Shown here one piece after another: positions 12,886-28,300 of a DNA stretch of 64,000 nt (positions are counted from its first letter, which is position 1; each line of letters opens with the position of its first letter). Made by a program: the position numbers and the translations under genes. The DNA comes from Trichoplax adhaerens (Eukaryota; Animalia; Placozoa), in NCBI RefSeq assembly GCF_000150275.1, contig NW_002060943.1, positions 2,446,462-2,510,461 on the forward strand, read 5' to 3'. The notes below the pieces were generated by a model. That model searched no databases. It had not been told where the DNA came from and saw only the letters and a list, made by a program, of their open reading frames with translations.

Positions 12886-15509
12886 TTCGAACGACGATCG
12901 TTAATTTCTAATAGGGATAAAAATTTGATTAATTCATATCAATCAATCTATTGAATAGATTTAGACTAGTTTAAAATAGATATTTCCTACTTACCGCTTA
13001 TTTATCAATTGAAAAAGGATAACATTTCGAATAGCTTTTCCTTCATATATTCAAGGATTGCTATGATATAGTTAGACAATCGTTCAATTAAACTCTTTCT
13101 CTCTTAGCTTCTCTTTTTCCCCTTTTCCTGTGGAATCAACTTAATAGTCACCATCAAAGTAGAAAATCCAAGTATAAAAAATGGATAGAAAACAATTATA
13201 TCCTTGGCCTATTCTACTAATCTACAAATTGATGACAATTAATTCCCTGAATCAATCGATCACTATAGTTACACTGACAGTTGCTTAAAGAAATAGTTCT
13301 GTTGATACTAATCAAGGCTAATCAACTGCAGTCATGTGATGGAGAAGAGTAAGATTTTTTAGAAGATTGTTTAATTATGCTTGTATCAGAGAGAATAATG
13401 ACATCGGTATCGAATTTTAATTATAGAGAAATTGATTATATTGCCTTTCAAATATCAAAAGATTGATTTTATTCAAATAGATCAATACGCTATGCTAGTT
13501 AATAAGACAATAGCTTTGATTCTATTAAAATATTGTTATATCAAGCTAACTATTGATTTCTTTTTACACTACATGTTTACGTTATAATATTATCAATAAC
13601 ATCGCAAGGTATCAGTTGAAATAACAATGATAATAATACACATATATCGACATTAGATAAAATAAATAACCTTTACCGTACATAGTATTAACTGAAAATT
13701 GATCGAAGTAGAAAATGAAGCACAAATCAAATACTGCACCCATTAATCTTTGATTCTGAACGATCACCACTTAGATAACAGTCGATATTAAGAATGTCAG
13801 CAATGCTAATCTACTATTCAATAGTGATATAAGTAAAATGATAGAAAATCTAAGTTGATCAAACGCCATTTAATGGAAAACGGGATGTCAATAGAGTAAT
13901 CCGAGATTTCTTAATAGATGACCATGGCTTGCAATGAGACACATTGATAATTGTAATGGACACATGTTCTTGATTTCATGTTTTCTTTCGAGATAAAAAT
14001 ATCTATTGGAGATAAAAGTTATAGTGTAAGGTAAGCTTTTCATTGGCGCTTTTCGTCGAGTTTGATTGCATGAACAGTTCTATCAATTCTTATATTGCCG
14101 GTAAAATACGTGTTCTAATCGCTTTCATAGAGAAATAGTTAGGCCTATTAGATTTATTGCTAAAGGGTAAAAGCATTAAAGATAAAGATGGAATGGAAGA
14201 AAACTTGTACTATTGATGACGTCTAGATATACAAATAGAATACTAGTTTAATCATGCCTAGATTTAGTATCATTTCGGAATTTGGAGATATTTTATGAAC
14301 AGAAAAATTTTATTCTACTTTGTCGGTGGAAGTTTTTCGTTTTCATTTCAACTGAGGTAAATGATAGTGAACTAACTTTATCACATTTATTCACTGCAAT
14401 TTTATTTATGTCTTGCATACAAAGATAAGTATCTGATCTTCCGTTCCACCTTGTTTCAAGGCATAATTTGCACCGCGCTTAGATTGATGCATACGAGAGT
14501 ATTAAGTCTGTTCTATTTCTAGGTTTGTTAAGTTATGATCAATAAATTTATTATAGCTAACTTGCAGCCTAATAATTAGCGATCAGTATAACACCTCATA
14601 TCTATTATTATCATGATAAATTACAATTAATTAATGAATAAATGAACTAGTTATTGACTATGTACCGGATTATACCATGAATTGGCGACAAGCAGTCTAT
14701 AAAATAATGCTAATAGTCCATAAAATTGATGTAGGACTGTTGTTTCAATTTAATACATGTCCTACAGTTCTCCTGTTTCTATTCTATTCAGCAAGCCATA
14801 AATTGTGATTATGCCGTTATTAAACTTACAGTATTGCAGCTGTCGCTATTTTTCTATTCTAATTTAAAAACTGAAAGAAATTTACACTTCGTAATTGAAT
14901 ATAAATGGTTTCATTGACATGCGAACGATTTGGGTATGTTAAAGTTCGAATAGAACACATGTTACGCTACTGGTGTTGCTGGAAACCCTGGCACATCTAA
15001 AATCTGTGTTAGTTAAGGAATTGCAAGTGAATAAAGTGATTTATATTAATAAATGCAGTACTTGCGTAATATTTCAATCTACCTTGGCCGCCATAAAGTA
15101 TAATCATGGTGCAGCCTAGGTGAAAGTCTAATAGTGATTATGGGTTGGCTCAGCGATCTTTCGGATATTCCTTGCTGTATTAATGCAATTTTAAAATTTT
15201 TTATCGATAGTGTATCTGTCGTGGAACTCAAGTAAAAATACTTCTAGCTGTCGCAAAATACTCATATTGATAAGTAGTGGCAGATTGAATGATAGTAAAC
15301 GAGCTGTATGTCTACTTTGTCATAAAATTACGTATATATTAGCAACCATTGTTGGTAGTTATTGCACAATGATTATTGCGGCAATTACCTGCAAATACTC
15401 TGTAAAAAGTGAGGCGGTATGCACGGTTTGTGCACGAATTTTAGCAATGTTTTGTTGCAGGAAATATTGTTGAGGACGATGAAATCGATATTGGACCTTC
15501 TTTTAATAA

Positions 15510-16700
15510 CTCGAGGACGATTTATACGGACTGAGTTTCTCTGAAAAATTTTTGACGGTAGTGGGTAAAATTGCTGTTTATAACGGATCAGCCGATGCTG
15601 TGCAGTACTATAGTAGCTTCTTCAATGTTAGGTGTACTAGAGCGATAGCCTACGGCATAGTCTACACACCAATTTTAGTAATATTTACCGTTAGTTCTAC
15701 CAAATTTTGGCGATGATGATGAATTCGATATTAGAGTATTACGAGCTAAGAATAGTTCTCTCTTGCCATAAAGATTGAGATTGTGTTTTCGCATCTACAC
15801 TACTGTAAATTGAAATACCAATCAGTTGATATTTCTATGTAGACATATTTAAGGTTGAGCACAGTAAGGTCTCCAATCTCTCTATAAAATCACAGTCTAC
15901 TTTATTGTCGGCAAGGGCGCAGCTTACATGGCTTTAGGTACCTGAAACTGGTTTAACTATAATAGTTACTTCGTCTTTAAAAATGAATAAAATTAATGCT
16001 GTAAAGAATCTCCATTTGCACGGATTAAATACCATCTAATCTATTCCATTTACTGTGTCAGTATTAAATTAATCAATTCCTAATAGCACTTTAAGAAACA
16101 TATATTAGGCTATCTTACGAAGATATTCCATCTCCACTTAGAAATTGTACTTTCAACTTTGACATTTTTCGAGGTGATAGATACAATCTAGTTCAACTCG
16201 TTGCCAATTACTACTTTACTCTACCTAATCCTAAATTAAGCATTACTATCACATCAACTGTTGGGCACTAAAGTCATAGTGATACCGGCATATATCGAAC
16301 GTCACATGAAAATAATGTACATCCCACAAAAATTGACTTTCATGACAAACCACTCCTTTAACAACTATTTAACGATTCAGAGGGACTTTCTTCCTCTAAA
16401 ATAGATCGAAATAATTGGTTGTAGGTGGTAAAAATTGCTGTTTAGGACGGCTCAGCTGATGCTGTGCGTCATATATTTGTAAAAATGCGGGATGTAGGGA
16501 TGGTCTATGCCCGAGTTTTTACAATATTTAGTTTTACAAAATATTATGATGAGATATATACTATATTGAAAGCTCTAAAGCTCCCTTGGAACACGAATTG
16601 ACGATTCAGAGGGACTGGATTCCTTTCAAATAGGTGTTAAATATTCGATTCTATCGGCTAAAATTGCTATTTCTGACCGGCTTAGTCGATGTTCTTAAGG
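15510..16700. repeat. Three dispersed copies of a ~95-bp degenerate element (possible non-autonomous transposon remnant)
   Basis: ACGATT(C/T)A.A.GGACT...TAAAATTGCT(G/A)TTT...CGG.T.AG..GATG at ~15516-15605, ~16371-16468 and ~16600-16694. Confidence 0.6.
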
Positions 16701-17494
16701 TGTACACTGTACAGCTACCCTGGTAAAATCACCTTTTGAGGGGGGGAAATTAAATCATAAAGAATTTCGACAATCAAAAATTGCAAATCAAATCATGAAT
16801 CTGATTTACTTCTTAACAGAATTAAATCAAATCACCGAATTACATCTGAATTTTGGCATGGACAAATTTTTTCCAAGATAGCCTCCAAAATACCTTAGAT
16901 CAACATGGATAATCGACTCCTAGAGTATTGCATACAAATCATTCTATACTGTACAATGTGTGCATGCTGAAATCATACTGTAGCCTGTAAAACTGGTATT
17001 TCTTGTCACACAGGACTACAGTAGAAGAAGGCTTGGACTAGATTGAGCACACTTGGACGGACAGACGTTTCTCACGTCATCTCGTCAAAGTATTATGGCA
17101 AACACTTGGGATATGATAGTGTTTTAATATGCAGATGGTCGATTTTAAATTGATTCATTTTTTGGAAATGAAGTAAAACTATGCTGAATCTTATTGTCTG
17201 TTACTAAGTTCTGCTTGGATATAGTTATATAAGATCGTCGATGTTATTTAAATTAGTACTCGTGATTTAAAAAAACTGACACGGAAGATCCATATTACCG
17301 TGATTAGTTCATTATGATTAGCAAACTTCTGTATCTATTTTTCTGAATCACTTGCTCTAATTTTAGAAGGTTGATGACTTGATATAACTGTTTTGAAGCA
17401 GAAATTAGTAAAATAGATTAGATTTCAATATAGCGTTACTTAATTTAGAGAAATAAAGCGAATTACAGAATCGAACAGCCGCTTAATGTTGAAC

Positions 17495-17700
17495 AAGGGT
17501 ACAGTATGTATAAACCATATCAGAGTTTCCTGTCCATCCATGTACATTGTACAGTACGGTATGACTGTGTCCTTACGCAATGTACTCTGACTGACTACTA
17601 GCTCTGTAGTGAGTACCCATACTGTACTACCTACCGTACTCAAATAGTTGAACAACCGTAGTATAATCATCTTAGCAGACCACACCATCCATTGATCGAT
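17495..17700. promoter_or_regulatory. TACAGT/ACTGTA-rich putative promoter of RECQL
   Basis: Exact hexamers at ~17500, 17550 and 17621, plus many near-matches (TGTACT, CTGTAG, CCGTAC), 100-300 bp upstream of the RECQL ATG. Four more copies at 16700-17025. Confidence 0.45.
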
Positions 17701-17798
17701 TGGTAAATGCCGGCTAATGACGATAATATTGGTTGATCCATACTACATTGCTGATCCATTGAGCTCCATTAATCAGCATTACCTGGTTGCGTAGTAGT

Positions 17799-20700
17799 AT
17801 GGAAGCATTGCAAGAAATTCAGCAAGAGTTAAGCTCAATTGATGTTCAAGTGAAAAATTTGCTGGATAGAAAAGAGCAATTATTACAATTACAAGATCAA
17901 TTACAACAAGAAATTGTACAGCAAGCGAAATGGTCAGGTACGAATTGTTTATACTTTGCGTAGTCTAGTGTGGACGACAACATCTCCAAACTGGATGAAT
18001 ATTTTTTAATCTATCAATGATATCTTCCAGTTGTACAATATTTTTCTGTCTTGAGTATTGATTATACGCGATCGATCATAAACTACGAGCGTATCACGAT
18101 CTATAGTTTGTGATATGTTAATAAATAAATAATTATATATACGCGGATGTTGTTATATAGCTGATACTTTTGGGATATAACTATACGTACTCGTATAGGA
18201 TATCCAATTCAATCTTTTATAGTAAAAACAATCTACAATATCTACAGGAACAGTTAATAATGGCTACATCAAATGTGCAGTAAACATTGGCAGTTTTTGG
18301 TTATCCCAATGCATTAATTATAACATTATACTATATATTCGGATACATGCACGTACATATATATATACATATTACTATGTTAATATATACGTATACACAT
18401 ACTTAGCATTGCGCTACTAGATATACCATCTAGACTAGTAGTCCAACACTGATAAGTAGATCAGATGTGATCACACGGGCTACAGCACTCAATCTTGTCC
18501 GTAATTTTTCCTCCTTGAACTAAATAATACTCTTTATAAAAATCCGTCAGTACGTTCGAAAATTTACATGACTATAATAGATAGGATTATTCCTACATGT
18601 TGATATGGAAACATACATCCATAAATGAATGGAAAAATCTCATATACTGCATTACATTGTATCATACTGTAGCTTTTAATCGAATGACGAACGTGTACTC
18701 AAATGATTTTATTAATGAATTAGGTACCGATTGGAGCTCTGATAGCAATTTTACATGGTCTAATCAACTCTTGCAAATTAGCCGAGATACCTTCGGTATC
18801 GAAAATTTTCGCCAATACCAGCTGGAAGCGATGAATGTTACGTTATCTGAAATAGATTGTATACTGATTTTACCTACTGGGGCCGGAAAAAGCTTATGCT
18901 ATCAGATACCGGCTCTATTGAGTCAAGGTTTCACTCTGGTAATATCTCCTCTGGTATCGCTCATGCAAGACCAGGTAGATCGTTCTACAGTATCTTACCT
19001 ATTTGATTATTTTATACCAATTGTCTACTTCTTGATCTTTTCCTTGCTTGACTATGCCATGTAGCCAACATGAAGCAAAGTTAAAATAAGCTTTGTACCA
19101 GTAACGATGTCATAATAGATGTACAATTTTGGCTCTTACAGATTATTTCCTTAAAATTAAAAGGAGTTGAAGGCGTAGAGATGCTAAGTGCAGAAACTGA
19201 ACCTAGTCATACTAAGGCCGTTTATCAACGCATGTTATCTGACAACGAAGGGATTTTGAAGATATTATTTGTTACACCGGAAAAAATTGGTAAAAGTAAA
19301 CGATTTTTATCCAATTTAGAAAAGGCCAATAACTGCAATCGACTTGCCCGGATAGTCGTTGATGAAGTTCACTGCACAAGTCAATGGGGAAATGATTTTC
19401 GACCAGACTATAAAGCATTAGGTGTTCTCAAAAGACAATTCCCTTCAGTGCCTTTACTAGGTTTGACTGCTACTGCCAGCGAGGCTATTACTCAAGATAT
19501 TAAAACAATCCTGTCACTATCTACCTGCTGCATGATATTTCGCGGGTCAATGACGAGAGTGAATTTAATTTATGAGGTTTCGTAACTGTATTCTCAATTT
19601 AAATTTTAACTTTTAATCTCATTTACCATCACTTTAAAGTTAAACTACTACATATGTAATTGTTGTAATTAGGTAAGACAGAAGCCATCTAGTCACACTG
19701 ATACGATAAACGATATGGTCTCCTTAATTAACGACAAGTTCCGAAATCAATCAGGTTTATATTCAATATCTGTTGTGTTATTGTCCTAGTAAAATAGATC
19801 TCTAAAGGTATTAATGATGTTATCAAGGTATTATATACTGTTGTACCAGAAAGGAGAGTGAAACCGTTGCCAGTGATTTAGTATCAAAAGGGATTCATGC
19901 AGCTTTCTACCATGCCGATATGGAAATGTCCGAGCGCAGTTCCGTACATCGACACTGGATAGAAAACAAAGTTAACGTAAGTATGCAATACCCTTATTGG
20001 TCAACTATGTTTAATAGGAAATTGCGTATTTGGTACAGATATTTTATTAATAATATAATTTACTATTATGCGCATATATACACGACGCACATTCGCTTTC
20101 CTTTGAAATAGGTTATTGTTGGGACCATCGCTTTTGGTATGGGCATCGATAAGCCGGATGTTCGCTTTGTTATTCATCATACTATTAGTAAATCTATCGA
20201 AAATTACTATCAAGAGAGTGGTCGGGCTGGAAGAGATGGTCAGTTAGCGCGTTGCATTTTATATTATCGACCTTTAGATGCTTTTAAACTAAGTTGTATG
20301 GTGTTTATGGAGCAAACTGGTCAGAAAAATTTATATAAAATGTTACAGTACTGTAATAACATTAAAACTTGCAGACGGAAGCTAATTGCGGATCATTTTG
20401 TTGACAATATAGCCAGCTGTAATTGCTCAATTTGCGATACTTGTTCTAATTCTTCTAATGTGATATCATCGGATCAAAACGAAATATGTCACTTCATTTT
20501 ACGCACTATACAACAAGCAACTGACGGTGATGTCAATTTAACCCCTTTAAAAATTGTTAAAAATATACAAAAACATTTTAGTAACTTAGATATATTTATG
20601 ATAGAAAAAGTCATTGTTACCATGACACTGCGTGGCCTATTGAAAGAAAATCTTCATTTTACTCCTTATTCTACGATATGCTATTTAATAGCAGGTATGA

Positions 20701-20864
20701 AAGCATCCACAAGCAAGCAGGAGAATTTCAAATTTGTTGTAGATACTTTTGAAAATGCTAGTATGAAACGTCAAGCCCCAAAGGAAATTGCTCGTTCGTC
20801 AAGTAAAAAGCTAAAAAGACAAAATGCTGTTGTTGATGATCGAGATGTTGTAACCATTGATTAA
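17799..20864 (+). CDS. RECQL: ATP-dependent DNA helicase RecQ1 (RECQL), 6 exons
   Basis: Exons 17799-17937, 18724-18974, 19142-19576, 19673-19754, 19828-19976, 20112-20864. Features: N-terminal coiled coil, motif 0 FRQYQ, Walker [59 protein letters not shown], Zn-binding CRR..C..CDTC, and the RECQ1-type hairpin [10 protein letters not shown]. No HRDC domain. Confidence 0.95.
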
Positions 20865-22347
20865 CTCTCCTGTTCACTATTTGTTCTATATTGGTACATA
20901 TAAAGTTTATTTGGTAATAGTTAATACTACTGCGTTTGACCTCGGTAAAATGTATTCCTGTACGTTATTGAATATTTTCTAAAGATTGTAATCGTAATAT
21001 CCAAGCTTAATACTTGACGTGCTTACCGCACTTTGGAAATTGTATAGACCTATACCTTGTTCATTGATAACTGAATCGATTTCTATTATGTAGACGCCTT
21101 CGAAGTTTCAAATCTGATTACAGTTATTTATTCTTCCAGTTAATATATTGTATCGAAATTGATTTCTATTCCATGTCAAATTGTAACGTTCTCTTTTTGT
21201 ATCAATAGCCCCGCGTATTATTATTATCTATAAATTAAAAATTTCTCTGTTATAATATGGAATATGTTGTCATATTTTATTATCAACTTCTAGTTCATGT
21301 AATTAACAGATCGTGTTATGGATAGGTTGAAGCTTTAGAAAGTCAGTTTGTAGCATTTTTACGATTGTTTTTGATGCATACAACCGTTCCTTAGCTTGGT
21401 CCTATGCTTAAACGGATAGCTGATCAATCAACTTTTAACGTTCGAATACGTTTTCATTTTTAAGAACTTCTTATCTGCATGAAACATTTCGATTGAAAGC
21501 TTTCCACAGTCAGTTCTAAAAATTACTCAAAATTAGCAAGATTGATTACTGGAAAAGTAATCGTATCGTAGTCTGAGACCTCCTATGGATCATTGACTAA
21601 TCATTTACGCAGAAACTATATACGTAATTGCTTTATTCGCCTGAACCAACATAAAATAATTTCATTATAATATCTTATTCGAAAAGGGATTTGTATCATA
21701 CAATATTATTATTATCAACGTCTATGGTAACGGCTGATGAGTAATAAGAATTCTATAATGAACATATTAAAATAGCAAAGGTAAAAGATTACTAGGCAAG
21801 TAATCTATTAATCTATTAAAGTTTCGCTATAATAGAGAAATGTATTAATTTTAGCTTTAAAATACAATTCGTAACATTTCCTGATCTATCATAATAGAAC
21901 TACTTCTAGTAGCGTAATGGTATAACGCTAGCGATAGCGCTTTACCTCAAATCAAGTTGATGTGATACATCAGCATATAGCAAACTTTTCAAAGCATGTA
22001 AACTAGCTATGATCGTAACTGAAATTTTGATAGATTTATCGAGATAAAAATTTTAAATGTAAAGACAATTCAATTCGATCGTTTGCAAACGTACAATCCG
22101 ATAAAAATTTTACTTAGTTCTCTCTCGATGGAGTTGCAATATGGATATGTCAAAACTTGCAACACTTGAATAAATAGGTCTTTTTAATTTGTTTATAACT
22201 ACAGTACTTTAAATAAGCAATAATAATATTTAATTATATATAGAGACGAATGAAATCAATCTAGAAATCCATTGAAGTCAGCGCAAAATTATTCATTAGT
22301 ATTTTATCAAATTTTGGTTTTTTAATAACATGCAAAAAATTTCCTAT

Positions 22348-25300
22348 CTAGCCAAAGATATCTTTTAAATCGACCATGTTCTGCGAAGTAACATTCTGAT
22401 TAATAGGTTGAGTTTGCGTTGTTGATTGTAGAGGTGGACGACCGTATGCAGACTGGGGAATTAAGGGTTGCATTGGTCTCTGAGGTCCCATTCCTGTAGG
22501 AGGCAGCTGCATGTTCGGACGTTGTAACGGCCGCTGCTGTTGAGATGCCATATTATTCATCATTTGATTAGGATTACCAGGGAATTGTTGCCTTACGTTG
22601 GGATTCTGCAGTTGATGGGGATTTGTTGGTCTAGTTGATGATATTGGCCCTCTTTGGCTGAATTGCTGCATCATAAATTGGTCTATATGTTGAGCTGGAC
22701 GATTCGGCATGATATTACCTTGTTGTTGTTGTTGAAAAGTGTTCGATGACATTGGTTGATTTGCGAAATTTTGATTTTGCGTATTAAATAAGGGAGGGCG
22801 TTCTCGAAATGATTGATCAAATGATTGAGATCGTTGGTTTAGAGTCGGACGGTTAGTATTAGATTGATTTGTCAACGGTTGTCTTGGTGCCCCCATACCA
22901 AAACTTCCAAATGAGTCATTTTGGCGTGACGGACGCATCACGCTTGAAGATAGTGGTGCTGCCATAACTGATGATGAATTAACATTAACGGTACTCGAGA
23001 CATTATTTGAATTCGATAAATTTGTGGCTTGGCTTGGAATTGAAGACGTATTAATATTCAGTGGATTACCTTGAGTATCATTAGCCGTTGGCATCCTAAA
23101 CCCTTGTTGCAAATTACTATTTTGCGTTGGAGGCGAAGTCTGCGGATTTTGAGGACGAACCAGCCGCATCGATCCTTGACTGAGATTTCCAGCCGGCGTA
23201 GGTTGTAAAGTCCCAACTGAAGAAAACGAAGCTTGCTGTGTTTCTCTTTGCAATGACTGCAATTGCTGCAATGTTTGTTTTTGTCTTAGCTGAGTAGGTG
23301 GTGTTGTCAATCTTTCACTACTGCTAGTGCTACTAGTGGAACTATTACGCTGATTTGTATTTCGCTGAGCAATGCTATATGGCTGTTGTTTCGCGGATGA
23401 CATAGAATTTGCAAGTACTGGTGGAGAGGATGGATGATTTGCAGGCATAGTCGGCTGCAAAATTCCTTGCTTCATTGTCATAGTTTGTCTAGTTTCATTT
23501 TGTTGCGCCTGTAAGTCATTTAATGATTTTTTTTGCTGTGGTATTGTGGATGATGTAACCTTATCACTAAGTTTGCCCTCAGATCCGTTTAGATTCAACT
23601 GCGTAGTACTGGTTGAATTCTTAGTTACAAAAGAAGAAGCTACAGAACTGGAAGAAGTAATTGGATCTAAAGATGGCAGGTCCTAGTATAGAAGTAAGAT
23701 TATTTCTTTAATTTAGCAGTGTATTACTAATCTAACGACTTCTTGAGCTTTAATAATTATGTATAACTGAAAACAATACCTGATTTGATGATGTAACATT
23801 TCCTAAATTTTTAGCATCTACAACAAGCAATACAGTTCGTTTTGTTAAAATATGGTACAAGGCAATATCTTTAAGCAATAAAGGCCTATACATTTTACCA
23901 ACCTGATCCATCCCATAATTTTTCTAATTTGTTTAACATACTATCAATTTGTTGTACAGCCTTATTGTCCTTTGCGTTATTTCCGATATTAATACTTGTT
24001 CTAAGTAAAAATATTATGATATCGAATCTTATTTGTGATCTAGCGAACTTCATTGTTATACCATAAAAATTGTCAAATATTGCTCTTACGCAGTTTCCTC
24101 CTGCATTTCGCCAAGCTGCTTCAATTTTGCAGATTGCTCAGATTCAATGCGTCCAAACATGTCTTTTAACAAATTGTTATACTGGCCAAACTGAAATGGT
24201 ATAGGATGATAGCTTTCAGAAAAACACTTGAGTAAAATTAAAAAAAAATGCAATACGTCAATTATATTGACTTCTAACCTGATTAGCATTGAGACACGAT
24301 TCGATGCACAACGGTGTCAGAAATGGAATGGCCACGCGAGCTAAGTGTTCCAGATCAAATCCAAGGCGTTTATGCTCAAAGGTAGTTTTATAAATTCCTA
24401 CATTGGCAAAAAGGATCGCTAGTTAATTGTCTATCATAACTAATTTAAATCCTTATAATTTTGCCTGGCATAAATTAAAAAACTTATTACTTATTCTAAA
24501 AGTTAGTGTAGTTTGCTAAATACTATCCTAATGCTAAAGAAAATCTGAATCCAGTTTGATTTCTGGAAGTTAATTCATAATATACGTAATACTGACTTCA
24601 ACTCTAACAGCAAGAGCTGATACATGTATAAAGGCATTAATTAACAATAAATCCATATGGAAAATGGCAGTTCATAAAACGTGAGAAAACACGAACGTAT
24701 TTAATGCCGACATTAGCTAGATTACTGGTTATTGTCCATAAATCATTTTCCAATCGTCAATTATTCTAATTTATTCCTTGTGTTATACAATTCCTCTATC
24801 TAAATTGCGTTGATAGGCACTTTCGCAAGAATAATAATAAATTACCCAGTATTGACATTAATACACCAGCTTCCCGGGATGGGATTTCTTGTAGCATTGG
24901 TAGGATTAAGTCCATCACCGTTAATTTATCAATGATCGGCAACATCTTTCCAAGACATACTAGACAGTTAATACGGACCTATGAGAAAAAATAGATAATA
25001 GCAAGATATTTACTGTACGTTTTAGGAATCTCCGACATAAAATTTTTGTTCCTTACGAAGCTTTATTTATTTTTTGCCTATCACTAACCGATAATGCTGT
25101 TGTATCCAGGCACAGAGCTTTGATTCTAGGAATGATATTATTTTTTATATATGAATATTCAATATTTTCAGTGTGGTTGGGAAGTATACTTAAACATATT
25201 TCCTGTGAATAAAAGATGCTATTTTAATTTGTGTAGTATAGATCATAATCTGAAGCTTTCCAGCAGTATGATTTAGGAATGACACTAAGTGCTCCTTCTG

Positions 25301-28300
25301 TAACTTTCTTACCTGAATTTCGTATTGGCTACTTTCTAATGCTCTGTACAGTAACGGTAAGACGAATGAGTTGACCTCGTCAGTAGGTGTTAATTTCAGA
25401 ATTAACTCCATTTTTTGCATAAAAATTAGTAGGATCTATAGCATTCACATTGCAGGATCAGAGATAAATATTTGCTTTAACACATAGCACACAAGTAATT
25501 ATTTCATAGCAGTAATTTATTGATATAACTGTTTATACTAGTTAAATCACTATAATTAATTACACCATAAAGGAATACCTGAACTGGTTCTTCTAATGCA
25601 AACAATGGTTTGATATGAGGAAAAATAAGAGACATATATTCTTCTTGACTAAGATCTTCAGCAATTAATAGGATATTTGGAAGAACGAACGGAATCATGT
25701 CCGAATTCGTTAATTCAGTGACAAGGCAAGTTAGAACACGCTGCACTATTACCCGCTAAACCGTGTTAAATGCATTCTTCAGTTAGTATGTAAAGCTTCG
25801 ATATTTGTTTAAGCTATATCATAGCTCTTCCTATTCGATATTTCATGTTTATTTTATATGTACCTTTGGAAGATTACTAATAACTTTATGAACATGTTTG
25901 AAGAATCGCGATTTTTCTACATTGTCTTTCTGAAATAAAGAATCCAGGTATTGCAACGTAATTGCGCCTACGTCTTCAAAAAAGTTAGTCTAAAAAGATG
26001 AACGGAAAGCAAGAAGTTTGTCAATGTGTGAAAGATAATTAGACGTAAATCTTCACTAATAGCTTTAGCTAATACTTTGTCCTGCTTGAAATAGCAGTAA
26101 GTGATCTCATAGATTATACTTCGTAAACAAAAATATTAATCTTACTTTGATCACATCGTCAGCGTCCATCCGTGATGTTGGGGCTATATTTACTAATGCC
26201 CTACAGTGATCAGCCAAAGACCCGGGTATCTTTAGTTTAGCCATATGAGTATTCTTGAGTGATCAATATTAGAATATAATTAGTATCTTTTCATTAGCTT
26301 GAAAGCAATAGTTATTTCTTTCTAATGTGTTTGCTTTAGTTTTACAGCATCCAAATAATAAGTGACCAAACTTTAATAAAGTGTAATTGTTGTAGTTTTA
26401 AGGGAATAAAGCTTTTTACTGCAGATCATACCTGTTCCATAACACGTCGATATGATGTAAGATTGTCTCCATAATCATACAATGGCTTGCCATTATTATG
26501 AAGTGCGTGAATAAGTACGCCACAGGAGAACATATCGGAAGCAACTAGATTACTATCACCAGGGGCACCGGTAATTCGTTCTGGAGCAAGGTAATTTAAT
26601 TCGGGACGCGTCAAAGGATGCTTTTTGGATTCCCAAATCTACATTAATGAGACTTTATTAGGCTTTCAAACTGGTTGATCTAAATAAGTAAGTGGAGGTT
26701 TAGCATCCAAATAAACATTACCACTCCTTGTGGATGATCCTTTGTAACTGTGAAATACAATCCAGCTAGTTTCCATGCACCACTCTTATTAATTACTATT
26801 GATTCTGGTGTTACGTTACCATGTATCAAGGACGCTTTCTCGTGTAGAAAGCTTAGTGCTTCACATAACTAAGCAGGTTTACAGTTGTAAGAAAAATTCT
26901 TATCAGATTTCATAGTAGATTCAATTCAATTTAATTTGGTTAAATAAAATTGTAATTGAGCAAGTAATAATACATCCAGAAAGAATTACCAAATAGATAC
27001 TATAAGAATACATTTTGAATTAATACGATAATTTAACTATAGCACATGCAGATCTGATAGCATAACGACGTATCCTGGATGCATGTAAATTAACAATTAA
27101 CATCTCCAATGAGCTATTTACCTGCATAATTCCATATTTCCTTTCTACGTCATATAATTCGTAGTCCTATAGCAAATGAACATCGGCATCATAGGTATCA
27201 TTTTCAATTACATGGGTCATGAGTGCAGTCTTGGTAGCTATTATAAACTTGTTACTACAATAAATCTGAATTATATTATAGTACCATTGCAAAAATTTGT
27301 GAGGTAGCTGTAATATATTTTCCTTAAGATATTTCATCTATAGTATCCAGTACTTATGGAATTCACATTATGTAAGCACTAAAGATATATTGCATCTTAT
27401 CGCAATACAAATATGATAGTAAAGTTTCATATTTCATATTCGTTCAATACATAAAGACTAGGATAAGTTTATATAAATGTAATAAATTCTACACCTTAAG
27501 TTCATGATCCTGAGGCATATTATGGTGTTCTCCAAATACGTTTGCTAGACTAGCAAATACAGGTTCGGTAGCAAAGGCTAGTGATTCCCTGTTATAAATT
27601 AAATTAAATTAATAGTGTAGCGTATATAAAGATTGACCATGACTATAAGGCCAGTGAAGCACGGTACAAAAATTAATGTACTTTATTATCGTACACAATA
27701 TGATAGAGGTTAGACAGTAATGCTAACATTTATTACAATCCAATCATGGTGTTTCTATCCTATGGATACGCGGTATTACTGTAGTATCTTGTCTAACAAA
27801 TTTACTCTAACTGCTAGATAAAATAAGTATTATCTACAAATATACAATAATGCAGTAAGTATCATAGCTATAGAGAATGACTAATAGCGATGGTTATTCC
27901 GTTTCCGTTACATTACCTTGACTCTTCGACGCCATGCTCTATTGTTAGGAATCGAGGATGCCTCAACTTGGTCAACTGCTTGCAACCTCCTTTTAAGATA
28001 TCGAAAATTTGTTCTTTCTGTCGTTTAGGCATTTTCTCCAATGATTTTTTTTCAAAGATGAATACTGAAACCGGCTGCAAATAAGTTATTCAAGAGTTAG
28101 TATAGATATGATGATCTTAGCCCTTACAATAGCTAGAGCAGAGTAGAATGAAAATATTTTCGAGTGATGAAAATCCATTAAGAGTTTTGGAAAGTGAAGC
28201 TCTTAGATGAGTGTGAATTATAAATAATCCTCTCAAGTTTAGCACATTCGTATAGTATAATCGATAATTTATATCATAGCACAAGGTAAATATTTGATAC

